A stretch of DNA of 64,000 bases from Candidatus Marinacidobacterales bacterium (GTDB lineage: Bacteria; Acidobacteriota; Vicinamibacteria; Marinacidobacterales; SMYC01): positions 2,464,001-2,528,000 of the forward strand of contig OZ250169.1 in the NCBI GenBank assembly GCA_965237955.1, written 5' to 3'. The notes beneath the pieces are model-generated. The model made no database searches and was not told where the DNA came from. It saw nothing but the letters and a program-made list of their open reading frames with translations. How positions within the stretch are numbered: position 1 is the first letter of the stretch; each line of letters starts with the position of its first letter. A program made the translations under genes and the position numbers. This document shows positions 29,763 through 39,884 of this stretch, piece by piece.

Positions 29763-30560
29763 ATGAGCTCGCCCCGGCCGGGAGCGCTTCAGGTCGATCA
29801 CGTCACCCTCCGTTTCGGCGGGCTCGAGGCGCTCGACGACGTTTCCTTGACGATCGCGCCCGGCGAGCTCGTCGCTATCATCGGACCCAACGGCGCGGGC
29901 AAGACCAGCCTTCTGAACTGTGTCAGCGGCCTCTATCGGCCTCAATCGGGCCGCATCGGCTTCGTCGCACGCGATGGCCGCGAGCACGATCTCACGCGCG
30001 TGAAACCTCATCATCGCGCCGCGCTCGGTATCGCGCGCTCGTTCCAAAACCTCGAGCTCTTTCGCCATCTGAGCGTCCTCGATAACCTCATGCTGGGCCG
30101 GCACGCGCACATGAGCGGCGGCGTGCTGTCCTCCGGGCTGTATTGGGGCCGCCAGCAGAAAGAAGAGATACGCCAGCGACGCGTTGTCGAAGAGATCATC
30201 GATTTTCTCGAGATCGAGCGTATCCGAGATCAGGCGGTCGCGTCGCTTTCCTACGGACTCCAAAAGCGTGTCGAGCTCGGCCGTGCGCTCGCCATGGAAC
30301 CCACGCTTCTCTTGCTCGACGAGCCGATGGCGGGGATGAATACGGAAGAGAAACAAGACTTGGCGCGCTTCATCCTCGAAGTTCACGATGGCCAGGGCGT
30401 GGGCATCGTGCTCATCGAGCACGACATGAGCGTGGTCATGGATATCGCCGAGCGGGTCGTCGTCCTCGATTTTGGGCAGATGCTCGCCGAAGGTCCACCC
30501 GAGCGCATTCGACAGGACAAGCGGGTCATCAGCGCGTATTTGGGTGGGGCGGCATCGTGA
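29763..30560 (+). CDS. LivG-like ABC transporter ATP-binding protein
   Basis: GPNGAGKT, LSYGLQKRVELGRAL and LLDEP motifs. Confidence 0.92.
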   Translation: MSSPRPGALQVDHVTLRFGGLEALDDVSLTIAPGELVAIIGPNGAGKTSLLNCVSGLYRPQSGRIGFVARDGREHDLTRVKPHHRAALGIARSFQNLELFRHLSVLDNLMLGRHAHMSGGVLSSGLYWGRQQKEEIRQRRVVEEIIDFLEIERIRDQAVASLSYGLQKRVELGRALAMEPTLLLLDEPMAGMNTEEKQDLARFILEVHDGQGVGIVLIEHDMSVVMDIAERVVVLDFGQMLAEGPPERIRQDKRVISAYLGGAAS

Positions 30561-31549
30561 TCATAATCATGATCGGCATCGTAGTTGCGGCTCCGATCGC
30601 CGTGCTCGGACTCGGGCTCGTTTATCACCGCGTCGCGTCGCGGCGTGAGCGTCGGCTCCATCCACCGACGGGAGAGCTCGTCGCCATCGAAGGAGCGCGG
30701 TTGCACGTTGTCAGCGTAGGTCGCGGTACCCCGACGGTCGTGCTCGATTCCGCGCTCGCGGGCTCGTCGTTGAGCTGGTCGGAGATTCAGCCGAGGCTCG
30801 CCGAGCTGACGCGGGTGGTGAGCTACGACCGCGCCGGCTTCGGCTGGAGCGACGCGAGCCCGGCGCCGAGGACGGTCGACAACATGGTGGAGGAGCTCGA
30901 TCAGCTTCTCGCGAACGCGGATGTCGAGGCGCCCTACGTGCTCGTTGGCCACTCGTACGGGGGGTGGATCTCGCAGCTCTATGCTTCGAGGCACCGGAAA
31001 AACGTCGCCGGTGTCGTCCTCGTGGACACGCCGCACCCCAGAGAATGGATGAATCCCGATCGGTTGCAGGCGAGTCGGGTCGCACGCGGCGCTCGCCTCG
31101 CACGCCGCGCTGCGTGGTGTGCGCGGTTCGGTCTCATGCGATTGATGTTCCTTCTTGAGCGCGTCCGCGTTGACGTCGGCGTCGGCGTCCTCAGTGAGCA
31201 CGGGAGAGTCGCCGAGCTCCTGGGGAAGACTCCGGTCGCGATACGCAGTCAATTGAGGACGTTCTGGGTGCAGCCGAGCCCTCTCGAAGCGCTCGCCTCG
31301 CAGATCGAGAACGCGCCCGCGAGCGCCGCCAAGGTTGTCCAAGAGACGTCCGACTATGGTGACATGCCGCTGGTCGTGCTCACCGCGGCCAATCCCGACG
31401 CGAAGCGACTCGATGACCAGCTTCAGACGACCGCGCTCAGTCGCGCTGGACGACACGTCGTCGCTCGGAGCAGTAGTCATTGGATCCCGCTCGAGGAGCC
31501 CGACCTCATCGTGGATGCGGTGCGTGACGTCGTGAGCTCACTTCGATGA
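30557..31549 (+). CDS. membrane-anchored alpha/beta hydrolase
   Basis: N-terminal TM helix, YDRAGFGWS, GHSYGG and C-terminal SHWI. Confidence 0.9.
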   Translation: MIIIMIGIVVAAPIAVLGLGLVYHRVASRRERRLHPPTGELVAIEGARLHVVSVGRGTPTVVLDSALAGSSLSWSEIQPRLAELTRVVSYDRAGFGWSDASPAPRTVDNMVEELDQLLANADVEAPYVLVGHSYGGWISQLYASRHRKNVAGVVLVDTPHPREWMNPDRLQASRVARGARLARRAAWCARFGLMRLMFLLERVRVDVGVGVLSEHGRVAELLGKTPVAIRSQLRTFWVQPSPLEALASQIENAPASAAKVVQETSDYGDMPLVVLTAANPDAKRLDDQLQTTALSRAGRHVVARSSSHWIPLEEPDLIVDAVRDVVSSLR

Positions 31550-33378
31550 GCGATACGCTACCCAAACTCTTGTGCGAGCGCGCCTCATCGTCGCCGGAAG
31601 CGCCGGCGTTTCGTGAGAAGTCGTTCGGAATCTGGCGAACGTTTTCGTGGCGTGAGGTTCGCGATCGCGTGGAAGCGATCTGTCTCGGCCTGCTCTCGCT
31701 CGGACTCGGCAAAGACGACAAAATCGCCATCGTCGGCGACAACCGGCCCGACTGTATCCACGCAGAGCTGGCCGCGCAATCGCTCGGTGCGATTCCCGTT
31801 GGTATCTATCCAGACTCCGTGAGCGAGGAGCTCTTCTCGCTCACCGACGCTTGTGACGCCAAGATCCTCATCGTCGAAGATCAGGAGCAGGTGGACAAGG
31901 TACTGGAGGTGCGCGACCGCCTGCACGACGTCGAGCGCATCGTCTACGCGGACGAGAGGGGGATGCGTCTCTACGACGACCCGATGCTCATGCCGCTGTC
32001 CGAGCTCTGTGCGCGGGGTGAAGCGCGCCGTGAGCCGGGCGGTTTCGCCGCGATCGTGGAGCGCACCACCGCCAACGATGTCGCGCTCTTGGCAACGACG
32101 TCGGGCACTACGGGAGCGCCCAAGCTCGCGATGCTGACCCACGGAAATCTGTTGTCGATGGCAAGAAACCTGATGGCGGTCGATCCCCTGGAGCCTGGTG
32201 ATGAGCTCGTCTCGTTTCTACCGCTCGCATGGGTCGGTGAGCAAATGATGGCGGTCTCGTCAGCTTTGACCGCGGGGTTCACCGTGAACTTCCCCGAGGA
32301 GCCGGAGACGGTCACGGAAGATCTCCGTGAAATTGGACCGAGCGTTATGTTTGCACCCCCCCGCATTTGGGAAAGCCTGTTGTCCGAAGTTCAAATGAAG
32401 CGAGAAGACGCATCGTGGCTCAAGCGTTGTGTGCTCGATTGGGCACTCGAGAAAAGCTCGACCAACGTCCTCGCCGAGCTAACGTGTCACTATTGGATCC
32501 GCGACGCGCTCGGTTTGCGGCGACTCAAACGCGCGTACACCGGCGGCGCGGCCCTCGGTCCCGACACGTTACGCTTTTTTCGAAAACTCGGCGTGAACTT
32601 GAAGCAGATCTACGGGCAAACGGAAGTGTCGGGCATCTCTGTCGTGCATTGCGACGGCGCCGTCAAACCGGAAACGATGGGCGAGCCGATCCCGGAGACC
32701 GAGCTCAGGATTACCGATGACGGTGAGATCGTGACGAAAAGCCCGGCCGTGTTCACGGGCTATTACGGCAGGCCGGAGGAGACGCGCGCTGTGCTCGAGG
32801 ATGGCTGGCTCCACTCCGGTGATGCCGGCTACTTCGACGCAGAGGGTCAACTCGTCGTCATCGACCGGGCGAGTGACGTGACCCACTTGGGGGACGGCAC
32901 GCCGTTCAGCCCTCAGTTCGTCGAGAACAAGCTCAAATACAGCCCGTACGTGCGCGAGGCCGTCGTGTTTGGCGGTGAGGGTAAAGCGTTCGTGAGCGCA
33001 CTCGTGGTGATCGATTTCCAGAACGTGGGTAGCTGGGCCGAGAAGCGCCAGATCCCGTTCACGACGTTCACGGATCTATCGCAACAGGATGCCGTTCGCT
33101 CGCTTTTGACGGTTGAGGTGGAGCGGGTGTCCGAGACGCTGCCGCGTCCGATGCAGGTGCGGCGCTTTCTGCTCCTTCACAAGGAGCTCGACGCCGACGA
33201 CGCCGAGCTGACGCGAACGAGGAAAGTTCGCCGGCACACGGTGTCCGATCGCTATCGCGATCTCGTGAACGCACTTTACGGTGAAAACGAAACGGTGTCG
33301 GTTACGACCGAGATCACGTACCAAGACGGTCGTCGTGCCCAACTCGTGGTCGACGTTCCCATTGTGCGGCTTTTATGA
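31546..33378 (+). CDS. long-chain acyl-CoA synthetase-like AMP-binding protein
   Basis: TTSGTTGAPK, YGQTE, WLHSGDAG and LTRTRKVRR motifs. Confidence 0.92.
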   Translation: MSDTLPKLLCERASSSPEAPAFREKSFGIWRTFSWREVRDRVEAICLGLLSLGLGKDDKIAIVGDNRPDCIHAELAAQSLGAIPVGIYPDSVSEELFSLTDACDAKILIVEDQEQVDKVLEVRDRLHDVERIVYADERGMRLYDDPMLMPLSELCARGEARREPGGFAAIVERTTANDVALLATTSGTTGAPKLAMLTHGNLLSMARNLMAVDPLEPGDELVSFLPLAWVGEQMMAVSSALTAGFTVNFPEEPETVTEDLREIGPSVMFAPPRIWESLLSEVQMKREDASWLKRCVLDWALEKSSTNVLAELTCHYWIRDALGLRRLKRAYTGGAALGPDTLRFFRKLGVNLKQIYGQTEVSGISVVHCDGAVKPETMGEPIPETELRITDDGEIVTKSPAVFTGYYGRPEETRAVLEDGWLHSGDAGYFDAEGQLVVIDRASDVTHLGDGTPFSPQFVENKLKYSPYVREAVVFGGEGKAFVSALVVIDFQNVGSWAEKRQIPFTTFTDLSQQDAVRSLLTVEVERVSETLPRPMQVRRFLLLHKELDADDAELTRTRKVRRHTVSDRYRDLVNALYGENETVSVTTEITYQDGRRAQLVVDVPIVRLL

Positions 33379-34658
33379 ATCGAGGCATGACCCGAGGCAT
33401 AAAACGCGCCGGGAAGAAAACCGTCGCGGTCATCACCGCCGGGCATCTGTCGACGTGCCGGCGCATGCTCAAAGCGGCCGACGCGCTCGCAGAGGAAGGG
33501 CACGACGTGCACGTGGTGAGTACGCGTGCCACGCCGTGGGCGAGCGACGCTGACGAGACGGTTTTGAGGCGCCGTCGCGACCGATGGCAATGGAGCGTCG
33601 TCGACTACTCGAGACAAGGGGCGCCGTTCACCTACGTCACAAGCGGCGTGAAGCGGCGGCTCGCCGCGGGTGTTTCACGGTATTGCTCGACGATCCTGTT
33701 CGCGGTGGCAGCGAGGGCGCTCTTCCGCGTTCACGACGATGTGGTCCGCGCCGCGCTCGCGACCAAAGCCGATTTCTTCTATGGCGGTACAATAGGTGCG
33801 ATCGGGGCAACGTTCGAGGCCGCAGCGCGCGCGGGACGTGAGTACGCACTCGATCTGGAGGACTTCTACTCGGGCGACCACCCGCAAGACGCGAAGCTCA
33901 CGCGTCTCGTCGAGCGCGTCGAGACCGAGACCGTCGGAGGGGCGCGCTTTCTCACCGCGGCCAGCGACGGGATCGCGGACGCGTACCGCTCGAGCTACGG
34001 CGTCGAGTCGGTCGTCATCCACAACACCTTCCCGCTACCGTCGCGCGTTCCCCAAACCGCGCCTTCCGGCGGGGCGTTGAAGCTCTACTGGTTCAGTCAA
34101 ACGATCGGTCGCGGTCGTGGTCTCGAGGACGCCGTCGAAGCGCTGCGCCGTGCGGGCATTCCCGCTGAGCTTCACCTCCGTGGGAATGCCGATACGGATT
34201 TCGTCGCGGGACTCGAAGATTTCGTTTCCAAAGACGCTCCCAAGCTTCGTCTCGTCGTGCACCCTCCGGCGCCACCGGACGAGATGGTGGCGCTTCTCGC
34301 CGATTTCGACGTTGGACTCGCGATCGAACAAGGAGCGAGCGTCAACCGGGAAATTTGTCTCACCAACAAAGCCTTGACCTACATCCTCGGCGGATTAGCT
34401 CTGGTGATGACGGAAACGGCCGGACATCGACCGCTCATCGAGGCATTGGGCGAAGCATCGATCCACTACGCTCCCGGCGACGTCGATACTCTGGCTTCCG
34501 GCCTGACGCGTTTGGCGGACGAGCGGAGTTTTCTCGAGCGGTGCCGTCACGCTTCCTGGGAAGCGGCGGATCGCCGATGGCATTGGGAGCATACCGAGGA
34601 GCGCGGCCGCCTCGTTCGGCTGTTCGCCTTCGAAGCCTTCGAGGCCTTCGAGGAATGA
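33375..34658 (+). CDS. glycosyltransferase (GT-B, family 4-like)
   Basis: GHLSTCRRMLKAADAL, WFSQTIG.GRGLED and DVGLAIE..LTNK motifs. Confidence 0.8.
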   Translation: MNRGMTRGIKRAGKKTVAVITAGHLSTCRRMLKAADALAEEGHDVHVVSTRATPWASDADETVLRRRRDRWQWSVVDYSRQGAPFTYVTSGVKRRLAAGVSRYCSTILFAVAARALFRVHDDVVRAALATKADFFYGGTIGAIGATFEAAARAGREYALDLEDFYSGDHPQDAKLTRLVERVETETVGGARFLTAASDGIADAYRSSYGVESVVIHNTFPLPSRVPQTAPSGGALKLYWFSQTIGRGRGLEDAVEALRRAGIPAELHLRGNADTDFVAGLEDFVSKDAPKLRLVVHPPAPPDEMVALLADFDVGLAIEQGASVNREICLTNKALTYILGGLALVMTETAGHRPLIEALGEASIHYAPGDVDTLASGLTRLADERSFLERCRHASWEAADRRWHWEHTEERGRLVRLFAFEAFEAFEE

Positions 34659-34661
34659 CGC

Positions 34662-35490
34662 GTGGACGTCTTTTGGCAGCTCACCACGACCTGTCTTGCG
34701 AACGGGATGATCTATGCCCTCGTCGCCATCGGCTTCGTCATTATTTATAAGGCATCCGACGTCATCAACTTTGCTCAAGGGCCGCTCCTGCTGGCGGGGG
34801 CGTATCTCGGCTACACGTTCCTGTCGCTCGACCTCCATCCCGCGCTTGCACTCGCGCTCACGCTGGTTTCGTGCGCGCTCATCGGCGTTTTCATCGCTCT
34901 CGTAGTGCTGCGCCCGCTCATCGGAGAAGCGGTCATTTCCATGGTCATGGCGACCGTCGCGCTGTCGAGTCTCCTCCACGCCATCGTTCAAGGCGTTTGG
35001 GGTGCCCGTCCCAGGAGCTTTCCGTTGAGCATGGGTTTCACACACCTTGTCGCCATTGCTTCGGTGACGTTCTTGTTGGTCGGATGGTTCTTCCGGCGAA
35101 GCCGCGAAGGGCTTGCAATGCGCGCGGTAGCCGATGATCAGCAGGCCGCCATGAGCGTCGGAGTGAGCCTTCACGAGAACTCTGGCAATTGCTTGGGCGC
35201 TGGCCTCCGCCACCGCCGGTCTCGGCGGCGCGTTGCTCGCGAGCATGGTCGGTGTGAGTCAGGATGTTGCCGTAATAGGTCTCCGCGTGTTCCCGGTGGT
35301 CATTCTCGGCGGGCTCGACTCCGTGGTCGGCGCGATTGTCGGAGGCGCGGTCATCGGGTTGTTGGAAGCCTACACCGGAGGCTACGTCGGCTCCGGGCTC
35401 CAACGCGTCGTTCCGTTCGTGGTGCTGATCGCGATCCTGATGGTACGGCCCTATGGGCTGTTCGGCAAAAAGCGCATGGAAAGAGTCTAG
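34662..35490 (+). pseudogene. LivH-like ABC permease, frameshift near 35170
   Basis: YALVAIGFVIIYKASDVINFAQG, continuing in another frame as VILGGLDS..RPYGLFG. Confidence 0.85.
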
Positions 35491-35493
35491 GCG

Positions 35494-36537
35494 GTGCGCT
35501 CCGGCGTTTTCCATACGAGTTACGCTGCGGATATGGCATTCACGCGCTCACCGCTCGCGCGGGCGCGGTTGGCGCTTTTCGCCTCGTGTGTCGTCGTCCT
35601 TCCTTTCGTCGTGTCGTCGTACTGGTTATCGCTTGCGAATCAAATTGCGATCGCGACGGTCGGCGCCATCGGCCTCAATATTCTCGTTGGTTACACGGGA
35701 CAGATCTCGTTGGGACAGGGAGCGTTCATGGCGGTGGGTGCCTATGCGAGCGGTCTCACGACTATCGCTTGGGGACTTCCGTTTTGGATCAGTATTCCGC
35801 TGGCGAGCTTGTTCACCGCGGCAATAGGAGTGTTTTTCGGACTTACCTCGCTTCGGTTGAAAGGACTCTATCTCGCGATCGCAACGCTCGCCGCGCAGCA
35901 GATCGTCGAGTGGATCGTGACTCACTGGACGGGCTTGACCGGCGGCACGGAAGCGCTCGTCGTTCCCGCGCCTACGCTTTTCGGCGCGCGCAGCAACACC
36001 GATTTTGGATTCTATTGGGTCGCCGTTGTCGCCGCGTCGGCCACCGCTCTCGTCACCGCGAACTTGTTTCGAAGCCGCACCGGCCGCGCGTTTCTGGCGA
36101 TCCGCGATCAGGACGTCGCCGCGTCGGCAACCGGCGTGAATGTCTTTCGCTACAAGCTGACCGCGTTCGCGGTGTCATCGTTTTTCGTCGGCATGGCCGG
36201 AGCGCTCATCGCGCACTACCGAACCATTGTGACGTGGGAGCGGTTCACGCTCGAAGTGAGCATCCTATATCTCGCCATGATCATCATCGGCGGCCTCGGG
36301 AGCATCGTCGGTTCATTCCTCGGTGCAACGGTAATGACGCTCTTACCGGCGCTCATCGCGACGTTCGGAAGAAGCTTGCAGACGAGCATCCCGCGGGTCG
36401 CGGAGCTCTTACCGGCCGCACAAGAAGCCGTGTTCGGCTTGGTGGTGCTGCTCGTCCTCATCTTCGAGCACAAAGGCCTCGCTAAAATGTGGTCGAGCAT
36501 GAAGACGTATTTCAGGCTGTGGCCTTTCTCATATTAG
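35494..36537 (+). CDS. LivM-like ABC permease
   Basis: GLNILVGYTGQISLGQ, RLKGLYLAIATLA and C-terminal WPFSY. Confidence 0.92.
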   Translation: MRSGVFHTSYAADMAFTRSPLARARLALFASCVVVLPFVVSSYWLSLANQIAIATVGAIGLNILVGYTGQISLGQGAFMAVGAYASGLTTIAWGLPFWISIPLASLFTAAIGVFFGLTSLRLKGLYLAIATLAAQQIVEWIVTHWTGLTGGTEALVVPAPTLFGARSNTDFGFYWVAVVAASATALVTANLFRSRTGRAFLAIRDQDVAASATGVNVFRYKLTAFAVSSFFVGMAGALIAHYRTIVTWERFTLEVSILYLAMIIIGGLGSIVGSFLGATVMTLLPALIATFGRSLQTSIPRVAELLPAAQEAVFGLVVLLVLIFEHKGLAKMWSSMKTYFRLWPFSY

Positions 36538-36642
36538 ATGCGCCAACGAAGTTGGCGCCATCCACTAATCCCTCTGCCCTCCTCCCGCCTTCGCTAGTAG
36601 CCTTCGGCGGAGGCGGAAGGGAGAGGGCCTGGGTGAGGGGGG
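36536..36642. repeat. REP-like composite palindromes
   Basis: GATGCGCCAAC-GAA-GTTGGCGCCATC hairpin, then CCGCCTTCGC..GGAGGCGG and GGGAGAGGG..GGGTGAGGG. Related to the CCCTCACCC/CCCTCTCCC motifs at 49198-49292. Confidence 0.6.
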
Positions 36643-36710
36643 CCACATAAAGCTCGAGTTCTCCAATCACCCCTACTATCGATTCCTGCACTACAATCAC
36701 CATTCTCAAT

Positions 36711-37889
36711 ATGCGACCAATCTGGATGCCCGCCCTCCTCGTCATCCAACTCGTCGCGTGCAGCGGAGCGCGCGATTCCAACGAAAACGTCATCCTCGTC
36801 GGCGCCATCTTCGCCCTAACCGGCCCAACGGCCGACGTCGGGACGCTCTATGCCGAAGGCGTGCGCGACTACGTCGCGTGGGTGAATGAGCGAGGCGGCA
36901 TCGCGGGAAGGCCCCTCGAGCTGTTGTTCCAGGACTACGGCTACCGCGTCGATCGCGCCGAGCAGCTCTACAGCGAGTTCGTGGGAGAAGGGGTCGTCGC
37001 GTTCATGGGTTGGGGAACGGGAGACACGGAGGCGCTCCGCGGCCGGATCTCGGAAGACCAGGTACCGTTCATGTCCGCCTCGTATTCTCACGTACTCGGT
37101 GATCCGAAGGAGGCGCCGTACAATTTCCTTGTGGGCACGACCTATAGCGATCAGTTTCTGATCGTGTGCGACTGGATTCTCGAGAACCATCCGGAAGGCA
37201 CAACCCCCAAGGTCGCGTTGCTCCACCACGCTTCTCCTTTCGGGCTTTCTCCGTACCGCCAGCTCGGCCGCGACTACGCGGCGGAGAAAGGCATCGAATT
37301 GCTCGCCCAGGAGATGCCGCGCGGCAGCACCGACTACTCGTCCGAGCTCACCCGGGTTCGCGAGTGGGGAGCCGACTACGTCGTGTTTCAGAACACGTCG
37401 GGGCCCGTTTCCGTCGCTCTCAAAAACGCCGACGCCTTGGGACTGTCGTTGACGTTTGCTTGTCTCAACTGGTGCACCAACGAGCTCCTCGTGGAGCTCG
37501 CGGGCCCCGCGGCGGAGGGCATGCTGGGCGCCATGCCGTTCGCGCCTCCGTCGGAGAATGTCCGTGGCCTGGATGCCGCGCGCGCCTATCTGGAACAGCG
37601 CGGAGGCGGTCGTCTCGAAGACAAAGGCGTTCCCTACGCTCAGGGCTGGTCGACGATGTCGGTGATGGCAGAAGGGATCCGGCGCGTCGTCGAAAGCGGT
37701 GAGCCTCTCACCGGGGCCAACGTCAAGGCCGCGCTCGAAGGGCTTCGTGAGCTCGACACCGGCGGTGTGACGTACCCGATCACGTTCAGCGCGGGCGATC
37801 ATCGTGGCGCGAAGGGGATGCGGCTCTTCCGCGTCGCGGAAGGCTCGTGGGTGCCGTTGACGGAGTTTCGCCATGCTCCTGCTCAATAG
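36711..37889 (+). CDS. Liv-type ABC substrate-binding lipoprotein
   Basis: Lipobox LVAC, LTGPTADVG, VNERGGIAG and GWGTGDTEAL motifs. Confidence 0.9.
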   Translation: MRPIWMPALLVIQLVACSGARDSNENVILVGAIFALTGPTADVGTLYAEGVRDYVAWVNERGGIAGRPLELLFQDYGYRVDRAEQLYSEFVGEGVVAFMGWGTGDTEALRGRISEDQVPFMSASYSHVLGDPKEAPYNFLVGTTYSDQFLIVCDWILENHPEGTTPKVALLHHASPFGLSPYRQLGRDYAAEKGIELLAQEMPRGSTDYSSELTRVREWGADYVVFQNTSGPVSVALKNADALGLSLTFACLNWCTNELLVELAGPAAEGMLGAMPFAPPSENVRGLDAARAYLEQRGGGRLEDKGVPYAQGWSTMSVMAEGIRRVVESGEPLTGANVKAALEGLRELDTGGVTYPITFSAGDHRGAKGMRLFRVAEGSWVPLTEFRHAPAQ

Positions 37890-38670
37890 CGTCGAAGTCG
37901 TCTACGACGATGTCGTGCTCGTCCTCAGGGGATTGTCGCTTTCCGTTTCGAGCGGCAACATCGTTTGTCTGCTCGGCCCGAACGGGACCGGCAAGTCGAC
38001 GACGTTGAAAGCGATCTCCGGTCTTCTCGGACCCGAGGACGGCGCGGTGACGGACGGCACTATCGAGCTCGACGGTGAGCCGATCGAAGGCCTGTCGCCT
38101 CATGAAGTCGTCGAGCGAGGCGTCTCCCAAGTCATGGAAGGCCGCCGTGTCTTCGAGCATCTCAGTGTCGAGGAGAACTTGCGCATCGGGTCATACTCTC
38201 GTGGCACTCGTGGCACCCGTGCCAACGCGGACGTGGATCGTATTTACGAAACGTTCCCCCGGCTTCGCGAGCACCGCCATCGTCTTTCCGGATTCCTGTC
38301 CGGAGGCGAGCAACAGATGCTCGCGATCGGAAGAGCTCTCATGTCCGAGCCGAGGCTGTTGCTTCTCGACGAGCCGTCGCTCGGGCTCGCGCCGCGCATC
38401 GTCGAAGAGATCTTCGACACGTTGCGGCGTGTCAACGCGGACGAAGGCACGACGATGCTGCTGGTAGAGCAAAACGCGGCGCGAGCGCTCGATATCGCGC
38501 ACTACGGCTACGTCATGGAGAACGGGCGGGTGGTCCTCGAAGGGAGTCCGGAGGAGCTTCGAGACAACGCCGACGTCAAGGAGTTTTATCTCGGGGTGTC
38601 CGATCTCGGTGAGCGGAAGTCGTATCGGGACGTGAAGCGCTATCGGCGGCGGAAACGTTGGCTGTCGTGA
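37873..38670 (+). CDS. LivF-like ABC transporter ATP-binding protein
   Basis: GPNGTGKST, LSGGEQQML, LLDEPS and YRRRKRWL end. Confidence 0.93.
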   Translation: MLLLNSVEVVYDDVVLVLRGLSLSVSSGNIVCLLGPNGTGKSTTLKAISGLLGPEDGAVTDGTIELDGEPIEGLSPHEVVERGVSQVMEGRRVFEHLSVEENLRIGSYSRGTRGTRANADVDRIYETFPRLREHRHRLSGFLSGGEQQMLAIGRALMSEPRLLLLDEPSLGLAPRIVEEIFDTLRRVNADEGTTMLLVEQNAARALDIAHYGYVMENGRVVLEGSPEELRDNADVKEFYLGVSDLGERKSYRDVKRYRRRKRWLS

Positions 38671-39884
38671 CCGATCCCTACTTACCCGAGATCGAGTGCG
38701 CGTCCGCGGAGGCGTGGCGCGACTACCAGGACGAGCTCGTGCGCACCATCGTCACCCGGGCCTATGAGTGTACTCGCGAGTTCCCCGAGCGGCTCGACCG
38801 TGTGGGCGTTTCGCTGGTTGAGATGAAGGGCGTCTCCGATTTGGCGCGCGTGCCGGTGCTCTCGAAAGAAGACCTGCCCGACCTGCAAGAGAGGTCGCCA
38901 CCGTTCGGCGGTCTCCTCGCCGGTGATGTCAGCGATCTGAAACGCATCTTCGTTTCGCCCGGACCGATCCTCGACCCGGAAGGCGAAGGCCCGGATTTCT
39001 GGGGATGGGCACCGGCGCTCTGGGCGTGCGGCTATCGTTCGGCCGATCGCGTCTACAACACGTTCTCGTACCACCTGACTCCGGCGGGGGCGATGATGGA
39101 AGAGGGACTGCGCGTGATCGGTTGCACCGTCGTGCCCGGCGGGGTGGGTAACACCGATGCGCAGGTCGAGCTTCTCTCGTTGTCGTCGAGCACGGGCTAT
39201 TGCGGCACGCCGCAGTTTCTGTGGACGCTCCTCGAGCGAGCGCGCACGAAGGGGGTCGACGTTTCGTTGAAGCGAGCTTTCGTCAGCGGCGCGCCGTTGT
39301 CCACGACGCTTCGCGACGAGCTAGCGCGGGAGTTCGGCGTGTCCGTCTTCCAGGGCTACGGCACCGCCGACGTCGGCGCGATCGCGTACGAGTGCGAGCA
39401 TGCGTGTGGTTGGCACGTCGCACCGGGGCGGGTCGTGGAGGTTCTCGAGCCCGGCACTGGTGAGATTGTGGTGAGCGTGGACAACGAAGTTTATCCGCTC
39501 GTGCGTTTCGGGACCGGCGACGTTTCCTCGTTCGAGCGCGCACCGTGTGCGTGCGGGAGAACGACACCACGGTTGATGGGCTTTCAAGGACGTGTGGGCG
39601 AGGGTGTCAAAGTGCGCGGCATGTTCGTCCATCCCCGGCAGATCGCTCGCGCGCTCGGCGCACTCTACGCGGAGGTTCCTCGGTTTCAGGCAGTTGTTAA
39701 GTTCGAGGAGCGCGGCACTGATATCGACGCGATCGTCGTGCGCGTCGAGGCGGGGGGTGATCCGTCGGAGGTAGCCGAGCGTTTAAAAGAAGAGCTCAAG
39801 CTGCGCGTGGAGGTCGAGCTGGTGACGCCGGGCACGCTCGCGCGCAACGCGCCTCGTATTCGCGACGATAGGACGTGGGCCTGA
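38667..39884 (+). CDS. phenylacetate--CoA ligase (PaaK)-like protein
   Basis: IFVSPGPI, FSYHLTPAG, YGTAD, RFGTGD and VKVRGMFVHP motifs. Confidence 0.88.
   Translation: MTDPYLPEIECASAEAWRDYQDELVRTIVTRAYECTREFPERLDRVGVSLVEMKGVSDLARVPVLSKEDLPDLQERSPPFGGLLAGDVSDLKRIFVSPGPILDPEGEGPDFWGWAPALWACGYRSADRVYNTFSYHLTPAGAMMEEGLRVIGCTVVPGGVGNTDAQVELLSLSSSTGYCGTPQFLWTLLERARTKGVDVSLKRAFVSGAPLSTTLRDELAREFGVSVFQGYGTADVGAIAYECEHACGWHVAPGRVVEVLEPGTGEIVVSVDNEVYPLVRFGTGDVSSFERAPCACGRTTPRLMGFQGRVGEGVKVRGMFVHPRQIARALGALYAEVPRFQAVVKFEERGTDIDAIVVRVEAGGDPSEVAERLKEELKLRVEVELVTPGTLARNAPRIRDDRTWA

Noticed and set aside
34662-36485. 607-aa ORF as a fused permease
   Set aside because: After about residue 170 it is out-of-frame Arg-rich text overlapping the real LivH C-terminus and LivM.
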